DNA of 25,306 nucleotides from an uncultured Bifidobacterium sp. Its GTDB lineage: Bacteria; Verrucomicrobiota; Verrucomicrobiia; Limisphaerales; JADJPG01. The stretch lies in the NCBI GenBank assembly GCA_964652165.1, contig CAZZAQ010000002.1, positions 1 through 25,306 on the forward strand. Reading direction: 5' to 3'. Below, in pieces: positions 1 through 8,103 of this stretch. The translations under genes were made by a program, and so were the position numbers. Under the pieces are notes generated by a model. The model was not told where the DNA came from and searched no databases. It saw only the letters and a program-made list of their open reading frames with translations. How positions within the stretch are numbered: position 1 is the stretch's first letter; each line of letters opens with the position of its first letter.

Positions 1-175
1 AGCCGGTCAACCCGAGGCTTTTCTCCCGGCTGATTCATCGCGTGCACCATCGCAGGGAGCAACTGTTCCTCCGCCATCCGCCGCGGGCCTGGCGAGGCGC
101 AGCCCGCGAGCGGTTCCTGGAATCGGTCCGCGAACGCGTGCGCGCCTCCGACATTTTCCACCGCGATTCCACTGA

Positions 176-1390
176 ATGAATTCGCCCCTCCATTGCACCG
201 CCCCGGCCCGCGGCTTCACGCTGTTGGAGCTGCTCTTCGTCGTGCTCATCATCTCGATCCTGGCGTTGCTCCTCCTGCCGGTGCTCGGCAAGGCAAAGGC
301 CCGCGCCAAACGCGCCGAGTGCGTCAATCACCTCCGCCAGATCGGGATCGCGAACCATGAGTTCGCCCACGATCATCAGGACCAGTTTCCATTCCAGGTG
401 GCGACGAACGAGGGCGGCACTCTCGAATTCGCGCGCGCCGGTTTCGCCATGAGCGGCGAGTTCTATTTCGCCTTCCGGCACTTCCAGGCGCTGTCGAACA
501 CGCTGGGCACGCCGCGCCTGCTGCGCTGCCCGACCGACACGCGGACCAACGCGGACCACTTCGGGATCCTGCGTAATCTGAACATCAGTTATTTCGTCGG
601 CGTGAACGCGGAGTATTCCAAGCCTGGATCGATCCTCGCCGGAGACCGCAACATCACGAGCGACGGCTACGCGTCCGGATCGATCCTGCGCCTGAATCCA
701 AACGCGCCCGCCCAATGGACCAGCGGTAGCCACGAGTTCAGGGGCAATCTGCTCTTCGCCGATGCGCACGTCGAGCAGTCGAACAACGAGGGTCTTGCCT
801 CGGCCATCCAGAATGCTGGCTCGCAGGCCGGCAACCTGCTCCCGCCGGTCACGCCGCCGGGCGGCGGCGACGGCTCCATCGTCGTGCAGCCAACGGTCGT
901 CGCCACCTTGCAACGGTTCTTCGACACAGCGCCCGCGACGCAGGGCGGCAACGCGGGGACTCCCGAAGCGAATCCGAACGCAACGCCAGCGCCAGCCGTG
1001 CCCGCGAACCCGCCGGAGACGCGCCCTGCCGACGTTCCGAAACCCGCCGCTGCGGCGCCTGGGATGACTGCGCCTCGCCCTGCCGCCCAGGCCGATGCCA
1101 ACATCGCAACGAATCCCGCGCCGGCCGCCGCCGCCCAGGATGCCGCCGGGAACGCCGGCCAGGCGGGAGCGCCAGGGGCAGTTCCTTCCGGCACGCCTGG
1201 CGCGGGCGCTTCGCCGGGCTACGAGTTCAACTTTTATTTCTTGCTGTTTCAACCCGGACGTCACTTTTGGAGTTGGCTGTTGCTGCTCCTGCTGGCGGTC
1301 GTCGCCGCGTTCTGCCTGGGCTGGCACCTCCAGCGGAGCCGCGCAAAGAAGCGGCTCGCGGCGGCAAGCCCAGCGTCCCCGGCTGCCTAG
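176..1390 (+). CDS. Prepilin-type N-terminal cleavage/methylation domain protein (H-X9-DG/DUF1559-like) with Pro/Ala-rich linker and C-terminal membrane anchor
   Basis: GFTLLELLFVVLIISILALLLLP prepilin motif followed by KAKARAKRAECVNHLRQIG; HEFRGNLLFADAHVE (H-X9-DA variant); P/A-rich tail; hydrophobic WSWLLLLLLAVVAAFCLGW then basic QRSRAKKR. Confidence 0.9.
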   Translation: MNSPLHCTAPARGFTLLELLFVVLIISILALLLLPVLGKAKARAKRAECVNHLRQIGIANHEFAHDHQDQFPFQVATNEGGTLEFARAGFAMSGEFYFAFRHFQALSNTLGTPRLLRCPTDTRTNADHFGILRNLNISYFVGVNAEYSKPGSILAGDRNITSDGYASGSILRLNPNAPAQWTSGSHEFRGNLLFADAHVEQSNNEGLASAIQNAGSQAGNLLPPVTPPGGGDGSIVVQPTVVATLQRFFDTAPATQGGNAGTPEANPNATPAPAVPANPPETRPADVPKPAAAAPGMTAPRPAAQADANIATNPAPAAAAQDAAGNAGQAGAPGAVPSGTPGAGASPGYEFNFYFLLFQPGRHFWSWLLLLLLAVVAAFCLGWHLQRSRAKKRLAAASPASPAA

Positions 1391-1430
1391 CGGCCATTTC
1401 TCGCCATGAGCGTGAGGACACCACGGTCTC

Positions 1431-1498
1431 TAGCCGCCGACGTGAGGAGGCGGATAACGTGGACTCGCGGTCGATCCGCCTCCACACGTCGGCGGCTA
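1431..1498. repeat. REP-type doublet (GTAGCCGCCGACGTGAGGAGGCGG family)
   Basis: TAGCCGCCGACGTGAGGAGGCGGAT (1431-1455) vs ATCCGCCTCCACACGTCGGCGGCTA (1474-1498): 25-bp inverted repeat with 1 mismatch. Confidence 0.85.
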
Positions 1499-1534
1499 CG
1501 ATCGTTGGTGAGAACTGCAGGCTAACTCCGCCCC

Positions 1535-1744
1535 GTGAAGCTCCTTTATTCCGGCCCGGTGGTGAACACCGAGATGCTCGTCGTCATGCTCGAGAAGCAC
1601 GGCATCGCCGCAGCACAGGAGTTCGAGGACCCCGCGCTGCCCGACGACGGCGACCTGAACCGGCCCGCGAAAGTGCTCGTGCCGGAAGCGGACTTCGAGC
1701 GGGCGCACCGCTTGTTCTTCGCGGAGCGGGAGGATGAACTGTAG
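1535..1744 (+). CDS. Small DUF2007-like (putative signal-transducing) protein
   Basis: 69 aa, GTG start; pattern EMLVVMLEKHGI...AKVLVPEADFERA typical of DUF2007; host-like codon usage. Confidence 0.7.
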   Translation: MKLLYSGPVVNTEMLVVMLEKHGIAAAQEFEDPALPDDGDLNRPAKVLVPEADFERAHRLFFAEREDEL

Positions 1745-1749
1745 GCTGG

Positions 1750-1886
1750 CGTAAAACGTGAAACGTGAAACGTAAAAGCGATCGAACGCCTCCCGACGTT
1801 GGAACGCTCTCACGCCTCACGCCTCACGCATCACGTTTTTACGTTTTTACGTTTTTACGTTTTACGTTTCACGTTTTACGTTTTAC
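1750..1886. repeat. Heptamer/octamer tandem repeats in inverted arrangement (CGTRAAA)n ... (TTTYACG)n
   Basis: 4 units cgtaaaa/cgtgaaa at 1750-1777; about 11 units nnTCACG/TTT(T)TACG at 1808-1886. Confidence 0.9.
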
Positions 1887-1889
1887 TCT
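1861..1889 (+). promoter_or_regulatory. Putative sigma70-type promoter of prfB (leaderless-type)
   Basis: TTTACG(1861-1866)-17 nt-TACTCT(1884-1889)-6 nt-ATG(1896); no Shine-Dalgarno visible. Confidence 0.4.
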
Positions 1890-1895
1890 CCCTCC

Positions 1896-3039
1896 ATGTT
1901 CGAAGCCGTCAAAGTCCAACTCGACACCGCCGCCGAGAAGCTCGCGCATCTCCGGAGGTTTCTTTGACGTGCCCAGTGTGCAAGCGCGCCTGAGTGCGTT
2001 GGAGGCCCAGGCCGGCGCGGCCAACTTTTGGGACAACAACGAGCAGGCCCGCAAAGTCCTCGACGAACAGGCCGCCCTCCGCAAACGCATCGAGCCGCTG
2101 TTTGACGCCGAGAAGCGGCTCGAAGACCTGCGGGTCATGGTCGAGTTGTGCGAAGCCGAGCCGGAAGACGCGCAACTCAAGCATCAAGCGGAGTTGGATG
2201 CCGAAGGCGCCACGTTTCTCAAGGCCATCGGCGCGCTGGAACTGGCCGTCCTGCTTACCGGCCCACACGACCGCCGCAACTGCATCGTGAGCATCAATGC
2301 CGGCGCGGGCGGCACCGAGGCTTGCGACTGGGCCAATCTGCTCCTGCGCATGTACACCCGCTGGTGCGAGCGCCGCGGCTGGGAAGTCGAAGTCACCGAC
2401 GCGCTGGCGGGCGAAACTGCCGGCATCAAGAACGCCACGATGCTCGTCACCGGCCAGAACGCCTACGGTTATTGCAAGGCCGAGCGGGGCGTTCACCGGC
2501 TCGTGCGTCTCTCGCCCTTCGACTCGAACAAGCGCCGGCACACCAGCTTCGCCAGCGTCGATGTCATCGCCGAAGTCGACGAGGAGGCCGAAATCGTCAT
2601 CCCGCCGAACGAATTGCAGATCGACACCTACCGGGCCGGCGGCAAGGGCGGCCAGAACGTAAACAAGGTCGAGACCGCCGTGCGCATCACTCACTTGCCC
2701 ACCGGCACCGTCGCCGCGTCGCAGGCGCAGCGCTCGCAACTTCAGAACAAGGCCACCGCGATGCGGCTCCTGCTCTCCAAGCTTTACGCCCGGCGCCTTG
2801 ACGAACAGAAGGCCGAGTTGGAACGCTTCTACGCCGAGAAAGGGAGCGTCTCCTGGGGCAACCAGATTCGCAGCTACGTCTTCCAGCCTTACCGCATGGT
2901 GAAGGACCTCCGCACCGGCGTCGAGACCAGCAACGTGCAAGCCGTGATGGACGGCGACCTCGACGCCTTCGTCAACGCCTGGCTGCGCGCCGGCTGCCCG
3001 GCCAAACGGATGCAAGGGGTGAAGGATGTGGAGGAGTAA
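1896..3039 (+). CDS. prfB: Peptide chain release factor 2, +1 programmed ribosomal frameshift after Leu23 (about 380 aa)
   Basis: ORF1 ATG1896 [23 protein letters not shown] ends at CTT-TGA-C; +1 frame continues DVPSVQARL...; SPF anticodon-mimic ([15 protein letters not shown]) and GGQ ([16 protein letters not shown]) motifs. Confidence 0.97.
1954..1968 (+). promoter_or_regulatory. RF2 autoregulatory frameshift site
   Basis: Internal SD GGAGG (1954-1958), 3 nt spacer, CTT TGA C (1962-1968), matching the canonical prfB signal. Confidence 0.95.
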
Positions 3040-3042
3040 AGC

Positions 3043-3163
3043 CAGTGTTCAGTAATCAGTATTCAGTATTCAGTGTTCAGTTTGCAGTGGCCGCTGGCAT
3101 GTTAAGCTGGAGCGCACAACGAATGACTGAAAACTGACTACTGATTACTGATTACTGATTACT
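3043..3163. repeat. Heptamer tandem repeats in inverted arrangement (CAGTRTT)n ... (TTACTGA)n
   Basis: cagtgtt cagtaat cagtatt cagtatt cagtgtt... (3043-3088) and aaactga ctactga ttactga ttactga ttact (3126-3163) between prfB and trpC. Confidence 0.9.
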
Positions 3164-3168
3164 CTGGC

Positions 3169-3975
3169 ATGCCGACTATCCTCGACACGATCGTCGCCCA
3201 AAAGCGCCTTGAAGTCGCGCAATTTCCCAGCCGCCTCATCGCCGCGGGCGATTTGCGCGACGCGATGCTCGAGCGCGACGAGCGCCGGGACTTCCTCGCC
3301 GCGTTGCGCCAGCCGCCCGCGGGCGAGGTCGCGCTGATCGCCGAGGTGAAGAAGGCCTCGCCCTCCGCGGGCGTCCTCTGCGCGGACTTCGATCCCGTCC
3401 GCATCGCGCGCGAATACGAAGCCGCCGGCGCCTCGTGCCTCTCCGTGCTCACGGACGAAAAGTTTTTCCAAGGCGCGCTCGATTACCTCCGCCAGATTCG
3501 CGCCGCCGTGAAGCTGCCGCTGCTGCGCAAGGATTTCATCATCGACGAACGCCAGATCCTCGAAGCCATCGAGTGGGGCGCAGATGCCATCCTGCTCATC
3601 GTCGCCATTCTCGAGGACGAACAGCTTCGCGACTTCCAGGCGCTCGCCGAGGCCGCGGGTCTCGCCGCGCTCGTCGAGGTCCATGACGAAGCCGAACTGG
3701 ACCGCGCGCTGGCCGCGGGCGCGCGGCTCGTGGGCGTGAATAATCGCGATCTGACGACCTTCAAAGTCGACCTCGCCGCCACCGAGCGCCTGGCCCCGAA
3801 ACTGTTCGCCGCGCCCGGCGCCAGCGAGCGCCTGCTCGTCACCGAAAGCGGCATCCACACCCGCGCCGACGTGACCCGTCTCGCCCGTTGCGGCGCCCGC
3901 GCCATCCTCGTCGGTGAATCGCTCATGCGCGGCGGGTACATCCGCGCCAAAGCCCGCGAGCTGCTCGGCCGTTGA
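3169..3975 (+). CDS. trpC: Indole-3-glycerol phosphate synthase
   Basis: IAEVKKASPSAG, LSVLTDEKFFQG, PLLRKDFIID, GADAILLIVA, LVEVHD, GVNNRDL, ESGI, LVGESLM motifs. Confidence 0.97.
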   Translation: MPTILDTIVAQKRLEVAQFPSRLIAAGDLRDAMLERDERRDFLAALRQPPAGEVALIAEVKKASPSAGVLCADFDPVRIAREYEAAGASCLSVLTDEKFFQGALDYLRQIRAAVKLPLLRKDFIIDERQILEAIEWGADAILLIVAILEDEQLRDFQALAEAAGLAALVEVHDEAELDRALAAGARLVGVNNRDLTTFKVDLAATERLAPKLFAAPGASERLLVTESGIHTRADVTRLARCGARAILVGESLMRGGYIRAKARELLGR

Positions 3976-3994
3976 GGCCGTCTCCGGACCGTGG

Positions 3995-4239
3995 TGAATC
4001 CCAACGGGATTCCATCGTTCAGCCCAGGGTTGCGACGCAGTCGCTACCCTGGGTCAACAGCCGCGAATCCGCCGCAACCCTGAAAGGGTTGCACCCTCGC
4101 CGGCCGCCCGCGCATGCAGGAATTCTGCGACGCCAACGGATTCAACCCCGTTGGGGTTGATGATGATTATCGCCGCGTATCCCAGGGTAGGCGCTACGCG
4201 CCAACCCTGGGCTGAAGGATGGAATCCCGTTGGGATTCA
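3995..4239. repeat. Long composite REP/palindromic element between convergent trpC and LOG genes
   Basis: 38-bp terminal inverted repeat TGAATCCCAACGGGATTCCATCGTTCAGCCCAGGGTTG (3995-4032) vs 4202-4239 with 1 mismatch; internal hairpins CAACCCTGAAAGGGTTG and TCAACCCCGTTGGGGTTGA; right arm contains the LOG stop codon. Confidence 0.85.
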
Positions 4240-5268
4240 GAAGCTGTTCAGCACGTCGATCAATTGCCGCAGCCGCCCGTAGTCGCGCCGGTTGAACTCG
4301 AAGCCGATGCGGGGCAGGTTCACGAACTGGTTGTCGTCCCGCTCCTCGGGGGTCGGCTCCATCGCCTCGATGCGGCCGCTGGCGACGATGTCGGCGAAGT
4401 CCAGGTTCAGCCCGTCGATGGCGGTCTCGGTCAGCTTGTGTTTGAGGCGCATCACGAGCAGGTCCCTCACGAAACGCATCGACTGGTAGTTGCGGTAGAA
4501 ACGGGTGATGATCTTCACCGCGTCCTCGCAACTGTCGGTAATGTGGTAGAGGTTCAGGTCGTCGGGGGAGATCAGCCCGTTGCGCAACAGGTGCTCGCGG
4601 ATGTGTTTGTCCCACGTCTTCCAATACGCGCCTCCGGGCCGGTCCATCAGCACCAGCGGCATGAGCCGGCTTTTGCCGGTCTGCATGAGGGTGAGCGACT
4701 CGTAGCCCTCGTCCAGCGTGCCGAAGCCGCCGGGGAACAGCACAATGGCATCGGAGTGGCGGACGAAGGTGAGCTTGCGCGTGAAGAAATACTTGAAGGT
4801 GATGAGTTTCTTGTCGTCCTGGATGATCGGATTGGCGCTTTGTTCCCACGGCAGGCGGATGTTCGCGCCGAAGCTGCGCTCGGGACCGGCGCCTTCGTGG
4901 CCGGCCTGCATGATGCCCGGCCCGGCGCCGGTGATGACCATCCAGCCGGAGTCGGCGATGCGCCGGGAGAAGTCGACCGCCTGCTGGTATTCCTGCTTGG
5001 AGGGCGCGGTGCGGGCGGAGCCGAAGACGGTGACCTTGCGGGTGCTCGCCCACGGCGCGAAGAGTTTGAAGGCGTAGCGCAACTCGCGCACGGCGGTCTG
5101 GATGACCTTCACGTCGCCGCGGCCTTCAACGTCCTTGAGCAGCCGGAGCGCCTGCTCGATGATGTCGGCGATGAGTTCCGGGTTGTGGCCGCCGCCTTTG
5201 AAGGCGATCAGGTCGTCGATGCGGCGCTTCAACTCCGGATCGACGTGCGGTTTCTCGAACTTTTCCAT
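4237..5268 (-). CDS. LOG family (TIGR00730-like) nucleotide-binding / phosphoribohydrolase protein, long form (343 aa)
   Basis: VTVFGSAR, ITGAGPGIMQA, FKYFFTRK, PGGFGTLDE motifs; start set at ATG 5268 (MEKFEKP) because the ORF upstream of it runs through REP and intergenic sequence. Confidence 0.9.
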   Translation of the reverse strand: MEKFEKPHVDPELKRRIDDLIAFKGGGHNPELIADIIEQALRLLKDVEGRGDVKVIQTAVRELRYAFKLFAPWASTRKVTVFGSARTAPSKQEYQQAVDFSRRIADSGWMVITGAGPGIMQAGHEGAGPERSFGANIRLPWEQSANPIIQDDKKLITFKYFFTRKLTFVRHSDAIVLFPGGFGTLDEGYESLTLMQTGKSRLMPLVLMDRPGGAYWKTWDKHIREHLLRNGLISPDDLNLYHITDSCEDAVKIITRFYRNYQSMRFVRDLLVMRLKHKLTETAIDGLNLDFADIVASGRIEAMEPTPEERDDNQFVNLPRIGFEFNRRDYGRLRQLIDVLNSF

Positions 5269-5405
5269 GCGCGGACAGGAGGGTATCGGCTGGATTCGGG
5301 AAAGCAATAATCCCCTTGAGCCTGGGCGCTGTAGATTTGCGAACTGCCTGGCATCGCCCAGCTCGGCCCGCTGGAACTCTTCAGTTGTGCTACTGTATGA
5401 ATCGC

Positions 5406-5488
5406 CGCTGGGAGCGCCGGCTTCCAGCCGGCAAGTCGCACTTCCAGGCGGACAGGGACGCGCCGGCAGGATGCCGGCGCTCCCAGCG
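5406..5488. repeat. REP-type doublet (GGGAGCGCCGGC family)
   Basis: CGCTGGGAGCGCCGGC (5406-5421) vs GCCGGCGCTCCCAGCG (5473-5488), perfect 16-bp inverted repeat with internal GCCGGC hairpins. Confidence 0.8.
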
Positions 5489-5532
5489 CTGGCGTGCCGA
5501 CGGCCCGTCGCTATACTCTCGGGCTGCCAGCC

Positions 5533-6687
5533 ATGACTCTGAGAGCAATCCTCGCACTGAGCGCCCTCGCCCTCGCCGCGTTCTGGCCCTCGGCTGCCCG
5601 CGGGCACACTCCAAGCGAAACGCACCTGACCCTGTTCATCACCCCGACCAACGTCGCCGGGCAGTGGGACGTCGCCCTCCTCGATTTGCAGCAGGGTCTG
5701 CGAATCGAGTCCGACGCCTTCAAGGCGCTGGCGGCGGAAGAACAACAGCGGCGCCTGGAGGCGCTGGCGATTGACACCGTCACCAGCCTGGAAGTGAAGG
5801 CGGACGGAATGGCGCTGGCCTTAAGCGTCACGGACCTCGAGACGGTGACCCTCAATCTCGGGGAGTATGCCCGCGTGAAGTTCGCCGCGCGGGCCGGCAG
5901 CAACCGCATCGCGGCCATCTCCATCAACGCCCGCTCGCTCTTCCGAGTGGACACGAATATGCACGGCTTGCTGCGCGTGGAGCATGATGGCCGGATGGAG
6001 ACGGCGACCTTCAGCGCGGGCGCTTCCACGCGCGTTTTCACACTGGCCGAGCCGGCGAGCCGTGTGGCGCAGGCCTTGAGCTACCTGCGCGAAGGCGCCG
6101 AGCACATCTGCAAGGGGCCGGATCACGTTCTCTTCCTCCTCGCCCTGTTGTTACCCGCAGTGCTGAAGCGGGAGGCCGGCCAGTGGAAAGGAGCCGAGGC
6201 GTTCCGGCCCGCGGCGTTGAACATCGTGAAGATCGTGACGGCGTTCACCATCGCGCATTCCGTCACCCTCAGCCTCGCCGTGCTCGGCATCGTCTCGGCG
6301 CCCGCGCGCGTGGTGGAGCCGCTGATCGCCGCGTCCGTGATTGCCGCCGCGGTGAACAACGTGCGGCCGTGGTTTGGCGAGCGAGGGTGGATGGTCGCGT
6401 TCGGTTTCGGCCTGGTTCACGGATTGGGGCTGGCGGGCGGGCTGATCGAGTTTGGGTTGCGGCAGGAGGCGTTGGTATTGGCGCTGGTCAGCTTCAACGT
6501 CGGGGTCGAAGTGGGCCAGCTCGGCATCGTCGCCCTGTTCCTGCCGGTGGCTTTCGGACTTCGACAGACCAGGTTCTATCGCGAGGTCACCTTGAAATTC
6601 GGCTCCGCCGCCGTCGCGCTAATCGCGGCGGTGTGGATGGCTCAACGGTTGTTCAACTTCAAGGTGCTGCCGGCGTGGATGGGGTGA
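5533..6687 (+). CDS. HupE/UreJ family membrane protein with N-terminal periplasmic domain
   Basis: Signal peptide ending AARG-H; GAEHICKGPDHVLFLLALLL, TAFTIAHSVTL, EPLIAASV, FGFGLVHGLG, SFNVGVEVGQL motifs. Confidence 0.9.
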   Translation: MTLRAILALSALALAAFWPSAARGHTPSETHLTLFITPTNVAGQWDVALLDLQQGLRIESDAFKALAAEEQQRRLEALAIDTVTSLEVKADGMALALSVTDLETVTLNLGEYARVKFAARAGSNRIAAISINARSLFRVDTNMHGLLRVEHDGRMETATFSAGASTRVFTLAEPASRVAQALSYLREGAEHICKGPDHVLFLLALLLPAVLKREAGQWKGAEAFRPAALNIVKIVTAFTIAHSVTLSLAVLGIVSAPARVVEPLIAASVIAAAVNNVRPWFGERGWMVAFGFGLVHGLGLAGGLIEFGLRQEALVLALVSFNVGVEVGQLGIVALFLPVAFGLRQTRFYREVTLKFGSAAVALIAAVWMAQRLFNFKVLPAWMG

Positions 6688-6694
6688 GGCAGCG

Positions 6695-6860
6695 GAATGG
6701 GGTGATGGAGTATTGGAGTGATGGAGTGATGGAGTGATGGAGTATTGGAGTATTGGGGTGTTGGAGTATTGGGGTGCTCGCGGATTCCACTCGGCTCCGA
6801 GTCAGCCCAGCACTCCATTACTCCATCACCCCATTCCATTGCCTCACTCCCTCACTCCCC
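6695..6860. repeat. Octamer tandem repeats in inverted arrangement (GGAGTRTT/GGAGTGAT)n ... (CACTCCAT)n
   Basis: About 10 units at 6695-6776 and complementary units at 6811-6860 between the convergent HupE and DUF58 stops. Confidence 0.9.
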
Positions 6861-6866
6861 CCGCCA

Positions 6867-7781
6867 TCACCGCGCCCGTCGTCCCCGCCTCTGCATTCGC
6901 GACCGGAGAAAGTCGAATAGCGCCAACTCCAGCGGCCGGTCGGTCGTCATCTGGTGATAGGAAATCCCGAGCTTGTCGCAAATGCCGCGGGCTGCGGTGG
7001 TATGGGCGTCCAGTTTGCGCTGATACTCCGAGCGCGCTGCAACCGGATCGATGTACAGCTCTCGGTTGGATTCCGAGTCCAGGAACAAGGCGGCCCGGTC
7101 GAACCGCAAATTGACTTCCGCTGGATCCAGCAGGTGAAACAGCAGCACCTCGTGCCCGCTGGCCGTGAGACTGGCGAGGTTTTTCTCCAGCGCGTCGATT
7201 GGCGCCAGCAAGTCCGACAACAGCACCATCAGCCCGCGCTTCCTGACAACCTGGACAATGCGCTGCAACGGTGCCGTCAGGTCAGTCGCCGCGCCCCCGG
7301 CCGGTTTCTCCAACGCCAGCATCAGGTGGCGCAAGTGGCCCGGCTTGTGCCGCGCTGGCAGATAGTCGCGAATCCCCTCATCGAACGTGAGCAGGCCTAT
7401 CGCGTCGCCTTGTTGGTGGAGGAACCAGGCCAGCGTCGCCGCCAGCGTCCGTGCGTATTCGGCCTTCGTGTGGCCGACCGAGCCGAAGCCCATCGAGCGG
7501 CTGTTGTCCACCAGCAGGTGGCAGCGCAGGTTCGTCTCGTCCTCGAACTTTTTCACGTAGCAGCGGTCCGAGCGGGCGAGCAGGCGCCAGTCCAGATACC
7601 GCGGGTCGTCGCCGGGTGAGTACTGCCGGTATTCGGTGAACTCGACGGAGAAGCCGTGATAAGGACTGCGATGCAGCCCCGTCCAAAAGCCCTCGACCAC
7701 CACGCGGGCGCGCAGCTCCAGATTGCGAATGGCCATCAGGGCCTTCGTAGAGATGAACCGTTCTTCAGCGGCGACGGGCAC
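6867..7781 (-). CDS. DUF58 domain protein (VWA-like, MoxR-associated family)
   Basis: GLHRSPYHGFSVEFTEYRQYSPGDDPRYLDWRLLAR, VKKFEDET, DNSRSM, VLLSDLL motifs. Confidence 0.93.
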   Translation of the reverse strand: MPVAAEERFISTKALMAIRNLELRARVVVEGFWTGLHRSPYHGFSVEFTEYRQYSPGDDPRYLDWRLLARSDRCYVKKFEDETNLRCHLLVDNSRSMGFGSVGHTKAEYARTLAATLAWFLHQQGDAIGLLTFDEGIRDYLPARHKPGHLRHLMLALEKPAGGAATDLTAPLQRIVQVVRKRGLMVLLSDLLAPIDALEKNLASLTASGHEVLLFHLLDPAEVNLRFDRAALFLDSESNRELYIDPVAARSEYQRKLDAHTTAARGICDKLGISYHQMTTDRPLELALFDFLRSRMQRRGRRAR

Positions 7782-7787
7782 GGGACA

Positions 7788-7816
7788 AGGGTGGCGCGAC
7801 GACGGCAGCGCGGCAA
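7788..7816 (-). promoter_or_regulatory. Putative leaderless-type promoter of the DUF58 gene
   Basis: Minus strand TTGCCG-17 nt-CACCCT-6 nt-GTG(7781). Confidence 0.35.
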
Positions 7817-7942
7817 GTCGTTTGATGACCCACCCGCCCGGTAGCGTCAGTTAAGCGAGCCATTGATTGACGGTGGGTGTGCATTCCGTTACAAAATGGT
7901 ATCCCGTCCGGGCACTTTACTGGGCGGTGTCCGTTAGGCGTA

Positions 7943-8043
7943 GCTGCGACCGTGAAGTCGCGGGCTGGATGTTCGAGTGATAACGAAATCGATGCCGACG
8001 CCCAGCCTCCAGCGTCCCCGTCCCGCGACCTCACGGTCGCAGC
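7943..8043. repeat. REP-type doublet (GTAGCTGCGACCGTGAGGTCGC family)
   Basis: GCTGCGACCGTGAAGTCGCGGG (7943-7964) vs CCCGCGACCTCACGGTCGCAGC (8022-8043), 22 bp with 1 mismatch. Confidence 0.85.
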
Positions 8044-8103
8044 CACGCGGATCACCTACGCTGAGCGGCTCCGCCGTTGCCGGTGTGGCGCGATGAACTT
8101 TCT

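Noticed and set aside
1-77. Possible 5' end of a minus-strand gene (MAEEQLLPAMVHAMNQPGEKPRVDR...) leaving the window
   Set aside because: Only 25 codons are visible and no motif is present; it cannot be supported from this window.
1765-1895. N-terminal extension of the 424-aa ORF
   Set aside because: It translates the heptamer microsatellite ([11 protein letters not shown]...); the real prfB start is 1896 in another frame.
5290-5532. Cobalamin or metal riboswitch upstream of HupE/UreJ
   Set aside because: No conserved riboswitch boxes seen; the structure here is explained by a REP doublet.
5269-5745. 159-aa N-terminal extension of the LOG ORF
   Set aside because: It crosses a REP and is antisense to the HupE gene; LOG-like sequence starts at ATG 5268.
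7820-7940. Structured ncRNA in the DUF58/cytochrome intergenic region
   Set aside because: No recognisable Rfam-type motif or convincing stem by eye apart from the adjacent REP.
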